Positions 13,681-25,279 of a stretch of 64,000 bases of DNA are shown here, piece after piece. The translations under genes and the position numbers were made by a program. Each line of letters begins with the position of its first letter. The first letter of the stretch is position 1. This stretch comes from the human T2T-CHM13v2.0 reference genome, Homo sapiens: the NCBI RefSeq assembly GCF_009914755.1, contig NC_060933.1; one strand, written 5' to 3'. The notes below the pieces were generated by a model. The model did not search any database. It worked only from the letters and a program-made list of their open reading frames with translations, and had not been told where the DNA came from.

Positions 13681-15660
13681 GTGTATTTTGGGTACAGGAT
13701 TCGGTTTGCCAGAATGGAGGTTACAATTAAGCATGCTTTCCCCAACAGACAATGCGGATTATCGGTTACTTAAAGAGCCACGTGTGATGAATTGTTCTGT
13801 ATGTCCTTGAAATGGGACAAATGAGTCTCATGAATCAAGTATGGTAAGGTTTTCTAGTGTCTGAAAGAGGGGCATTTTGATTTTCCTAGAATTTCATTGC
13901 TTGCAAAATTTTAAAAGAATTTTTTAAATGAAAGAATGTAAATATTTACTTGTTTGTTTATGGGTGTGTAGTGAGGAGAAAATATATATTTAATTTTTAA
14001 AGTATAAGAATTAATTGATATATGAATATGAAGTAAAATTTACATAAAATATCTGTAGGGCCAGAAAGTACCAAAAGCTTATTTCATCAATCATAGTTCC
14101 TCTGTGTTTGAATGTAATTAGCAATGTGTTTTGTGCAGTTGGGTATAGCTAACTCCATTTCATAATTACACTCAAGTCCCCAATGTAGGTTTTTCCCGAG
14201 CAAAAAGGAAAAACTATAGGTTTTCTTTTCTATGTTTTTATATAACATGCATAAGGAAAAGAAAGACCAATAAATCACTAGAACCCGTGTATCTTCTCTA
14301 TATATAGAAATATTCAGCCAGCTGTCAGAGCTTGTGCAGCCAAGAACCTCAAATGAGCTGACCTACTTTTAGTTTGGTTCAGTGTTACTTTTTCCATCTC
14401 AGTTAATTATACCTTTAGAGACAACTCACATTTGTTTACTGTTTTAAAAAAGAGAGTAAAAAAAGAAAATTCTCTTTTCTTCTTAGTAATTTTGATGACC
14501 CTATGTTTCTTAGGGTTCTTCTAATTTTTAAAATAAAACATTATTTCACTTTGAAGAAATATCCTTTTAAGTTTTTTTTTTTTTTTTTCATTTGTAGCTA
14601 CTTCATTTTCTGTGTCAGGAAGAAAAAGTCTTTCAAATTGCAGAAATGGCAGTCAAATCTCTGCCAAGTTTATCAATGTCATTTTGCTCCCACGGGAGAC
14701 GATTTTCTCTCATTTCCAAGATATCAAATGTATACCAGAGAAAGAACATATACAAGTTGACAAATAGAAAGCGTGTGAGGATCAGAAATGGGGACTTAGA
14801 TCCTCTTCAATCATCATCGTTAGACAATATTTTAATCTCTCTGTTCTTGGGTAGAACTATCTATAAAATGAGGATTATGATCCTGCCACTCTAACATTCA
14901 TACTGAAGGAATTAGTAAATCATTTCTTTTGAAATTATATGAGGTTCCCATGACAAATGTCTTAGCTAATCATATGCGTAAAATACCTAATGCCACAGCA
15001 CCAGGGCAATGTTATATTAGGTAATTACAAAAATGTGTAATTTCTGAGAGGTCAGTTTCTAATATGGTACATTGGTGCTTAGCACAATGTCATGCACGAA
15101 ATAGAAAGTAAAGAGAAAAATATAGAATGTGTGAAATGACAAGTGTTAGATATATTTGTTACCAATCAACATATTTCTGTACTATATATTGCTTAAAAAT
15201 CTGAAAGTATTTCTACTATAATCAGAAAAGAATAAGCTACCTTGTGGTATCAGGTAAATTTCTCAACTAGTAATGATTTAAGAATAAAAACTTTTATTGT
15301 TCTTTCATTTAAAGTCAAATTCAGGTTAAGCAGCCCTCCTCCCTTTTGAAACTGCCCTATATGAACAAATGGGTCTGTAACTTGTCATGAAAGGTAAAAA
15401 CAATATGCAAATATCACTTTCATTTACTAAATGTAATTCAGATAAGAAATAATGCATCTTGCTTACCTTCTAATCTTGAGAATTAAAGACATTAGCCCAC
15501 CAAGATGCAATGTGGTTCAAAACTACAGCTTAGTTCTATGTCTAGGAAAATGAAATGGTTTGGTAAACTCATAGCATTGTTTATGCCACAATTTCTCAAG
15601 GAAGTATAGTTCTCAAAAACAAAGCTTCACAAATAGAAGTTATTTAAAAGAAACTGATAA

Positions 15661-15733
15661 GCACACACACACGCACACACACACACACACACACTGTGTG
15701 TGTGCGTATATATATATATATACGCACACACAC
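15661..15733. repeat. (CA)n/(TG)n/(TA)n compound microsatellite containing a 38-bp perfect palindrome
   Basis: Directly visible. 15696-15733 equals its own reverse complement. Confidence 0.95.
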
Positions 15734-16294
15734 TCTCTATACTGATATTTTAAAAATTTGCAGCACATTAACCACTTAACACCTGAAACATTTTATATTG
15801 CAAACATAACTGAAATAAATATCATTTATTAAATTTATAGTTTGAGGCTTGACTTATATTTCACATTAGTGATTTCAATTTATTTCAATTGCTAGGGATA
15901 TGCTTTTTTTACAGTAATGAGTATTTATCTCTCTATTTTTCTATTCTTTCTCTCTCTCTCTTTTTATTTTTTAACACGGTTTGGAGGTTTTGAAACTACA
16001 TTTCCCAGATTCACATTCACCTATGGTTCTATATGTACTTTCTGTCCTTGAGAAACACTAGCTTGAGATTAGAATGGTACCAAAATAATTTTTATCTTCT
16101 CCAAAAACAGTGATGGCAGATAACTGGGTTTCTTAGGGTCATGTTTTGAAGTACTCTTTATTTCTTTGCCATGTACACATTTTAGAGTGAAAGAAAATCT
16201 ATGAAGTATGCAGAAGTTCCCTGGATGTTTCTGATTTATAAGCAGCAAAAACTATTTTCAAGAAATATAGTTTTTTAAGAAACGAAAAAAAGTT

Positions 16295-16798
16295 TTGATA
16301 GAACAGTGATTCCCCATTTAAATAAATAAATAAAATTTCCACACCCTAATCCCTGGAACCTATGAATATGTTCTCTACATGGCAAAAGGGACTCTGCAGA
16401 AGCATTTAAGATTAAGGAAATTAAGATGAGAGATAATCCCGGATTACCCAGGTGGCCACAATCACACTAGTGCTTAAAAATTGAGAGCCTTTCCTGGTTC
16501 TGGTCAGAGGGTATGTGACTGTGGGAGAAGAGTTAGAGGATGCAACGTTGCTGACCTTGAAGACTTAAGATGGGGGGACCATGAACCAAGGTATATAGGC
16601 AGACTCCAGAGACCAGAAAAGACAAGCAAATTGATTCTCCGCTAGAGTCTCCAGAAAGGAATGCAGCCCTGATGACATCTTAGCCTGGTGAGACTTGTTT
16701 TGAACTTCTGACCACAAGAACTATAAAACAACACATTCACATTTTTAAGCCACTAAATTTGTGGTGATTTGTTATAGCAGCAAGAAGAAGCTGATATA
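16295..16798 (+). mobile_element. MaLR LTR, MLT1D/E-like solo LTR
   Basis: cctaatccctggaacctatgaatatgtt...catggcaaaagggactctgcaga; ctagagtctccagaaaggaatgcagccctg; tttaagccactaaatttgtggtgatttgttatagcagca. Confidence 0.85.
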
Positions 16799-18292
16799 GG
16801 TAATTTCCTACATGCAAGGGAGAAAGAGATATTTTCTCTTTTTTTAATCAAAGAAAATCAGAAAATTCCATATTATTGTTTGAATATTTGTTTTAATTGT
16901 GCATAAAGTCTGAAGTCTGTCCAGATTTTAGTGGAGACTATTCTATTTGGAAGATTTGGAAGATTTTCAGATCTGAAAATTTCCCTGCATCTGTCCATGA
17001 ACCCAAATACATAGATGGGTAGTGAGGTTGAGGGTTTGTCAGGAGGTCTTCATAAAGGAAGAAGCTTGGGGATGGAGCCAAGATGGCTGACTAGAAGCAG
17101 CACCATTCAGAAGTTCCCACAGAATAAAAACATAATAAGCATGTGAATCCTTCACAGCAACCAAGGCGTCCAGGTTCTGTCATTAAAATTGACTACAGTC
17201 GGATGTGACCCATGGAGAGAAGGAAGAGCAGTGTGGTGCAGCAGCCCAACTGAGAGCCATACAGAGGAGAGCCCCTTACCCCCAGCCAACTCCCCAGGGG
17301 GAGAGGCAACCAGCACTGGCTGCGGTTGCCTGCTGTCTAAGCCTTTTGAGATCCTTGTGGGAGGAGCAGCAGCCAGCACTGGGAGTTGGAAGTGCTTTTT
17401 TGGAGGCTTTTTCATGTCTCTATCTCCTGTTCTTCTCAGGTCTTAGTTTTTCTTGTCTTCTGCTAGCTTTTGTATTATGCTAAGATCCCTGTATGAGGAA
17501 AGGGTGACACACATTTCTATAGCTCCAGGCTGTGCTTTTCTGCTGCTGGATGGCTTGGTCCCAAAACTTGTCCCCACAGCCCAACACACCAGCTGTGGCA
17601 GTCTGCAGCTGGAGTGCCTCTTCAGGTCTAGCCCTGACCCTTCCTTCCTCAGTAGGCAGGGCTTTCCTGCAGGGTCTCCAATAACTCCAGCCAGAGGCTC
17701 AGACACAGAATTCGGATCTCCCTCGGCCTGAGCTCCTAGGGGAAGGGGTGGCTGCAGTCTCTGTGGATCAGCAGATTTAGCCTCTCCTTCTGGTAGTTCT
17801 GAGGAATCTGGGCAGTCCAGACAAGTGGGTTTGCCCCCAGCTAAACACACCCTCTCAACTAAGGGACAAAGTGTTTCATTAAACGGGTTCTGTTCCCTGT
17901 GCCACCCAACTGGGTGAGACCCTCCTACAGGGGTTGTCAGACAGCCTATACCGGAGCAATCCTACTGGCATTAGGTTGGTGGTCCTCGAGGTCAGAGGTC
18001 CTAGAAGAAGGAGTAGACATCCATCTTTGCTGCTGTCCAGCCTCCTTGAGTGACATCTCCAGGACTGGAGAGAATCAGATGAACAGGGCCTGAAGTGAAC
18101 TCCCAGCAAACTGCAGCAGCCCTACAGAAGAGGGACCTGACTATTGAAAGAAAAACAAGCAGAAAGCAACAACAACAGCATCATCATCAATAACAACAAC
18201 AACAACAACACAATAACAACAAAAAGGCCCCCAGGAAAACCCTGTCTAAGTGTTGACAACCTCAAAGACTGAAACCAGACAAACTCATAAAG

Positions 18293-19309
18293 ATGAGAAA
18301 GAATCAACAAAAATATACTGAAAACCCAAAAGGTCAGAGTGCCTCTTCTCCAAATGATAGCAATGTCTCTCCATTAAGGGTGCAGAACTGGATAAGGGAT
18401 CACATGGACCAATTGACAGAAGTAGGCTTCAGAAGATGGGTAATAAAAAACTACACTGAGCTAAAAGAGCATGTTCTAACCCAATGCCAAGAAACTAAGA
18501 ACCTTGATAAAAGGTTAGAGGAATTTCTAACTAGTAAATCAGTTTTGAGAGGAACATAAATGACCTGATGGAGATGAAAATCACAGCTCGAGAACTTCGT
18601 GAAGCATACACAAGTATCAACAGCTGAATTGACTGAGTGGAAGTAAAGATATCAGAATCTGAAGACCTTACTGAAATAAGACTTGCAGACAAGAATAGAG
18701 AAAAAAGAATGAAAAGGAATGAACAAACTTCCACGAAATGTAGGACTTCATAAAAAGACTGAACCTATGATTGACTGGAGTACCAGAGGGAGACAGGGAG
18801 AATGGAAACAAGCTGGAAAACACACTTCAGGATATTACCCGGGAGAACATCCCCAGCCTAGCAAGACAGGCCAACATGCAAATTCAGGAAATACAGAGAA
18901 CACCATTAAGATACTCCATGAGAAGATCAACCCCAAGACACATAATGATCAGATTCTCCAAGGTTGAAATGAGGGAAAAATTGTTCAGGGCAGCCAGAGA
19001 GAAAGGCCATTTCACATAAAAAGGGAAGTCCATTGGACTGTCAGCAGACCTCTCAGCAGAAGCTCTACAAGCCAGAAAAGATTGGAGACCAATATTCAGC
19101 ATTCTTAAAAACAATGTTTTCAACCCAGAATTTCATATCCAACTACACTAAGCTTCATAAGCAAAGGAGAAATAAAATCCTTTCCAGACAAGCAAATGCT
19201 GAGGGATTTCATTGCCACCATGTCTACCCTGCAAGAACTCCTGAAAGAAGCACTAAATATGGAAAGAGAAAACCAATACCAGCCACTGCAAAAACACACC
19301 AAAATATAA
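18293..19309 (+). pseudogene. L1 ORF1p remnant (frameshifts and stops)
   Basis: MRKNQQKYTENPK... start. Fragments GVPEGDRENGNKLENTLQDI...QEIQRTPLRYSMRRSTPRHI. Ends QPLQKHTKI* at 19309. Confidence 0.92.
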
Positions 19310-19372
19310 AGACCAATGTCACTATGAAGAAACTGTATCAACTAGTGTTCAAAATAACCAAATAGCATCATG

Positions 19373-22300
19373 ATGACAGCATTAAATTCAAATGTAACAA
19401 TACTAACCTCTAGTGTAAATGGGCAGAATACCCCAATTAAAAGACACAGACTGGCAAATTTGATAAAGAGTCAAGAACCATTGATGCGCTATATTCAGGA
19501 CACTCATCTTACATGCAAACACAAATACAGGCTCAAAATAAAGAGATGGAGGAAAATTTCCAAGCAAATGGTAAGCAAAATAATAATAATAATAATAGAA
19601 AGCAGGGGTTGTAATCCTAGTCTCTGACAAAACCGATTTTAAACCAGCAAAGATCAAAAAAGACAGAAAAAAAAAGGCATTAAATAATGGTAAAGGGAAC
19701 AATTAAACAAGAAGAGCTAACTATTCTAAATATTTATGCACCCAATGTAGGAGCACCCAGATTCATCCAACAAGTTTTTGGAGACCTACAAAGAGACTTA
19801 GACTCCTAAACAATAACAGTGGGAGACTTTAACACTCCACTGTCAATATTAGACAGATCAATGAGACAGAAAATTAGCAAGGATATTCAGGACTTGAACT
19901 TGGCTCTGGATCAAGTGGACCTAGTAGATGTCTACAGAACTCTGTACCCCAAATCAATAGAATATTCCTCTCAGTGCCACATGGCACTTATTCCAAAATT
20001 GACCAGATAATTGAAAGTAAAACATGTCTCTGCAAATGCAAATGTACTGAAATCATAGCAAACTGTCTGTCAGACCACAGTGCAATCAAATTAGAAATCA
20101 GGATTAAGAAAGTCAATCAAAACCACACAATTTCATGGAAGTTAAACAACCTGCTCCTGAATAACTCCTGGGTAAATAACAAAATTAAGGCAGAAATCAA
20201 GAAGTTCTTTGAAATAATTGAGAACAAAGAGACAGCATATTAGAATATCTGGGACACACCTAAAGGAGTGTTAAGAGGGACATTTGTAGCAATAAATGCC
20301 CACATCAAAAAGCTCGAAAGATCTCAAATCGACACCCTAGCGTCATAATTAAAACACAGAGACAAGAGCAAACTAATACAAAAGCTAGCAGAAGACAAGA
20401 AAAACTAAGACCTGAGAAGAACAGGAGATAGAGACACGAAAAAGCCTCCAAAAAATCAATGAATCCAAGAGATAGATTTTGAATAAATTAACAAAAATAG
20501 ATAGACTGCTAGCTAGACTAATAAGAAGAGAGAGAAGAATCAAATAGACTCTATGAAAAATGATAAAGGGGATATCACCACTGACCACACAGAAATACAA
20601 ACTATCATCGGAGAACACTATAAACACCTCTACACAAATGAAGTAGGAAATCTAGAAGAAATGAATAAATTCCTGGATGCATACACCCTACCAAGACTAA
20701 ACCAGTAAGAAATTGAATCTCTGAATAGACCAATAACGAACTCTGAAATTGAGGCAGTAATTAATAGCCTACCAACCAAGAAAAAGCCCAGGACCCGACG
20801 GATTCACAGCTAAATTCTACCAGAAATACAATGATGAGCTGGTACCATTCCTTCTGAAACTATTCCAAACAATTGAAAAGGAAGGACTCCTCCCTAACTC
20901 ATTTTATAAAGACAGCATCATCCTAATACCAAAACTGGGAAAAGACACAAGAAAAGAAAACTTCAGGCCAATATTACTGATGAACATCAATGTGAAAATC
21001 CTCAAGTAAATACTAGCAAACCAAATCCAGCAGCACATCAAAAAGCTTATCCACCATGATCAAGTCTACTTCATCCCTGGGATGCAAGGCTAGTTCAGCA
21101 TATGCAAATCAATAAACTTAATCCATCACATAAACAGAACCAAATTTAAAAAACACATGATTATCTCAATAGATGCAGAAAAGGCCTTTGATAAAATTCA
21201 ACATCTTTTCAAGTTAAAATGACTTAATAAACTTGGTATTGATGGAACATATCTCAAAATTATAAGAGCTATTTATGACAAACCCACACCCAAAATTTTA
21301 TTGAATGGTCAAAAGCTGGAAGCATTCCTTTTGAAAACTGGTACAAGCATGTCATCTCTCACCACTCCTAATCAACATAGAATCAAAAATTCTGGCTAGG
21401 GCAATCAGGCAGGAGAAAGAAGTAAAGGGTATTTAAATAGGAAGAGAGGAAGTCAAATGTCTCTGTTTGCAGATGACATGATTGTATATTTAGAAAACCC
21501 CATCATCTCAGCCCAACAACTTCTTGAACTGATAAGCAACTTCAGCAAAATCTCAGGATACAAAAATCACTGTGCAAAAATCACAAGCATTCCTTTACAC
21601 TAACAATAGGCAAGCAGAGAGCCAAATAATGAATGAACTCTCATTCACAATCGCTGCAAAGAGAATAATATACCTAGGAAGACAGCTAACAAGGGAGGTA
21701 AGGACCTCTTCAAGTAGAACTACAAACCACTGTTCAATGAAATAAGAGAGGACACAAACAAATGGAAAAGTATTCCATCCTCATGCATAGGAAGAATCAA
21801 TATCGTGAAAATGGTCATGCTGCCCAGGGTAGTTTATAGATTCCATGCTATTCCCATCAAACTACCATTGACCTTCTTCACAGAATTAGAATAACTATTT
21901 TACATTTTATATGGAATCAAAGAATACCCCGTATATCCAACACAATCCTAAGCAAAAAGAACAAAGCTGGAGGCATCATGCTGCATGACTTCTAACTACA
22001 CTACAAGGCTACAGTAACAAAAATCGCATGGTGCTGGTACCAAATTGGATATATAGACCAATAGAGCAAACAGAGACCTCAGAAATAACACCAAATATCT
22101 ACAACCATCTGATTTTTGACAAACTTGACAAAAACAAGCAATAGGGATAGGATCTCCTATTCAGTACATGGTGCTGGGAAAACTGGCTAGCCATATGCAG
22201 AAAACAGAAACTGGACCCCTTCATTACACCTTATACAAAAATTAACACAAAATGGATTAAATACTTAAATGTGAAACACCAAACCATAAAAACTCTAGAA

Positions 22301-23183
22301 GAAAACCTAGGCAGTACCATTCAGGACATAGGCATGGGCAAAACTTCATGCCAAAAATGCCAAAAGCAATTACAACAAAAGCCAAATTTGACAAACTTGA
22401 TCTAATTAAACTAAAGAGCTTCTGCACAACAAAGAAACTAGCATCAGAATGAACAGGCAACCTACAGAATGGGAGAAAATTTTTGTAATCTACTCATCTG
22501 ACAATGGTCTAATATCCAGAATTTACAAGGAACTTAAACATATTTATCAGAATAAAATAAACAACCCCATCAAAAAGTGGACAAAGGATATGAACAGACA
22601 CTTCTCTAAAGAAGACATTTATGTGGCCAGCAAACATACGAAAAAAGCTCAACATCACTGATCATCAGAGAAAGGCAAAACCACAATTAGATATCTCTCA
22701 TGCCAGTCAGAATGGCAATTATTAAAAAGTCAGGAAACAATAGATGCTGGCAAAGCTGTGGGGAAATAGGAACACTTTTACGCTGTTGGTGGGAATGTAA
22801 ATTAGTTCAACCGTTGTGGAAGACAGAATAGTGATTCCTCAAGGATCTAGAACCAGAAATACCATTTGACCCAGCAATCTCATTACTGAGTATATACCCA
22901 AAGGAATGAAAATTATTCTACTATAAACCCATGCACACGTATGTTTATGGCAGCACTATTTACAACAGCAAAGACATGGAACCAACCCGAATGCCCATCA
23001 ATGATAGACTAGATAAAGAAAATGTGGCATATATGCAACACGAAATACAATGCAGCCATAAAAAGGAATGAGATGGTATCGTTTGCTGGGACGTGGATGA
23101 AGCTGGAAGCTATCATCCTCAGCAAACTAACACAGGAACAGAAAACCAAACACTGCATGTTCTCACTCATAAATGGGAGTTGA
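19373..23183 (+). pseudogene. L1 ORF2p (endonuclease/reverse transcriptase) remnant, multiply disrupted
   Basis: APE-type EN motifs ([17 protein letters not shown]). RT motif LFADDM encoded at ~21463-21480. [11 protein letters not shown]. Terminal atgttctcactcataaatgggagttga. Many stops and frameshifts. Confidence 0.93.
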
Positions 23184-23435
23184 ACATTAAGAACACATGA
23201 ACACAGAGAGGGGAACAACACACACCAGGGCCTGTTGGGGGGTTGGGGGTGAAGGGAGGTAACCTAGAGAATGGGTCAATAGGTACAGCAAATCACAATG
23301 GCACACGTATACCTATGTAACAAACATGCACATTATGCACATGTATCCCTTTTTTTAAGAAATAAAAAAATAGAAATAAGACAATATAAAAGTCTTTTTT
23401 AATTTGAGCTTGTTCCAGTTGAATCAAGAGACTTC

Positions 23436-23875
23436 TGAAACCAGTCCAATTGTCCCACAGAAATAATATTTACAGATTTTTGAATGAACATAGAAATTGT
23501 TCCTCTGTCTTGAAACTTGAAACTCAAATTTGTCTCATTTCACTGCCTTCCTTAGGGAATCAACCCTCAGGCAAGGGACTGAAATTCACCAGATCACTGA
23601 GTCCAGGCAATGAGAAACCCAACCTCTTATCCATCATGATTGTTTCCTTACCCCTTCGTAATTTCCTGTTTTGCCACCTTCCCTACTATATAAAACCCAT
23701 TAATTTAGTTGGTCAGGGAGACAGATTTGAGATTTTTACCTCTCTTTCTCATGACTGCATCACCACATTAAAGCCTTTATCCCTGGCAGTACTTAGTAAT
23801 TCAGTGATTGACACTCTGTGTAGTGAGCAGCAGGATGTAGATAGAACTCCTGGTGTTCCAGTAGTTCCAGTAACA
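23436..23875 (+). mobile_element. Solo ERV LTR (LTR47/MER72-like; subfamily uncertain)
   Basis: TG...CA termini (tgaaaccagtccaattgtccc...cagtaaca). TATA-like ctatataaaa at ~23686 and attaaa polyA signal at ~23767. Near-TSD cttc/gttc. Confidence 0.75.
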
Positions 23876-24560
23876 GTTCCATCATCTATAGTGGCTATAC
23901 TGTCCTCTCTTGTCTTAAGGAAGCAGGTGGATCCTTATTTCCCCAAACATTCGAAGCTAGGTAAGCCTCTAGTATTCTCCATTCACCAGTTACAATAGCT
24001 GAACATAAGGATGCTATTGCAAATATTGCAGCAGAATATTATAATTCTGTCAATTCAATCACCCATTTCATGTAAAAATTTCATAAATTGCTATCAGTCC
24101 AATTAGCATTTACTCATAGCTGTATTGTTCTTGAACACCCTTTTATTTCTAAGTCACTGGAAAAGACAAGATGTTTTTGTTAGTTAATGTCTAGTGCAAT
24201 TAGTTTACTTTGAAATATTAATTTTACATTAAGGAAGATAAACGCTAAAGTATTGGCAACAGAATGTTGTTTTTATACAGACTGACATTTTACAGATAAA
24301 AAGACATTGTGCTGTCACTGCACTGTCAGTGATGTACAATTACTATATATTCATTATTTTCTAGATACAGCAGTATCTAGGACAGTGAGCCTGAACTTTT
24401 AATATCCTGGTTGAAGAGTCCAGATCAAAATCTTTATATCCAGAATAAATAAACACGTAGCTGTATATACTTATATATCAGGATATATCATATTTCCCTC
24501 CTTTCCCTTTTTCTCTTAAGAATATCTACTTTTGGAAAGCTTACAGGACTTTTTAATGCC

Positions 24561-24811
24561 TGATATGGTTTAGATTTGTGTCTCCACCCAAATCTTATGG
24601 TCAATTGTATCCTCAATGTTGGAAGTGGGGCCTGGTGGAAGGTGATTTGATCATGAGGGTGGATTTCTCATCAGTGGTTTAAAATTATCTCCTTAGTGCT
24701 GTCCTCAAGATAGTGAGTGACTTCTTGCAAGATCTGGTCATTGAAAAGTGGGTGGCATCTCCCCCATCTCTCTCTTGCTTCTCTTGGGGCCATGTGGTGT
24801 GCTTACTCCCC
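24561..24811 (+). mobile_element. MSTA-like MaLR LTR, 3'-truncated
   Basis: tgatatggtttagatttgtgtctccacccaaatctt...gggcctggtggaaggtgatttgatcatgagggtggatttctc. Similarity stops abruptly at ~24811. Confidence 0.85.
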
Positions 24812-25279
24812 ATGATAAGCATATGTGTAATAGACTAAGGTGATGAGATAACACCTGCTGTGGCTCAGTGCCAGTTGAGACCCAGTGACTGAGATAACAG
24901 TGAGACAGTGAGCACACCTGCAGAGAATCATAAAAGAACAAGGGACAGGGAATTTCGGAGGAGATTTTGGAATCTTGGCCCATGAGAAATCTGAAAGCTT
25001 TCTCCTGACTGTGGGAAGGACTGCCCACAGAATAGCAGCTTTGCCTACCACTGATCAGCACCCAGGAGAGACTTCCATACTTGCTTGAGTTCCTCTCTAA
25101 GTGGACTGGTCTCCTGAGCCTCTGCTGTGGTTCATTACACCCTAACTATTGCCTTTAATAATTGTATTGTGAATGTTTGATTATGTGTGTGTAAATTTCT
25201 CACAATAAAGCATAAACTTGTGAATCGCTTATTGCCTATTGAGTCAAAAGCAAAAGTTAGCATACCTGCCGAAGGAACA
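24812..25279 (+). mobile_element. Unassigned LTR-like segment
   Basis: GC-richer than flanks. TATA-like cataaaa (~24929), aataaa (25204) and CA end (gaaggaaca, 25279). Family not recognised. Confidence 0.4.

Larger units (their letters stand above)
17068..23370 (+). mobile_element. Full-length inactive LINE-1, L1PA11/L1PA12-like
   Basis: 5' start gggatggagccaagatggctgactagaagcag. (CAA)n tract at 18167-18220. ORF1 and ORF2 remnants with a 63-nt spacer (19310-19372). 3'UTR with gggtcaataggtacagcaaatcac and A-rich tail. No convincing TSD seen. Confidence 0.93.

Noticed and set aside
14572-14760. Strong polypyrimidine/AG acceptor-like sites followed by short ORFs
   Set aside because: No convincing downstream donor or recognisable protein; poly-T tracts mimic acceptors.
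17443-18310. Antisense ORFs in the L1 5'UTR (ORF0-like)
   Set aside because: I see no similarity to ORF0 of young L1PA elements; these are chance ORFs in GC-richer UTR and (CAA)n sequence.
17068-23370. Possibly active full-length L1
   Set aside because: ORF1 and ORF2 are broken by many stops and frameshifts, and the 5'UTR is CpG-depleted.
23450-23998. 182-aa ORF, the longest outside L1 ORF2
   Set aside because: Non-ATG (TTG) start, lies mostly within a solo LTR, and has no recognisable domain.
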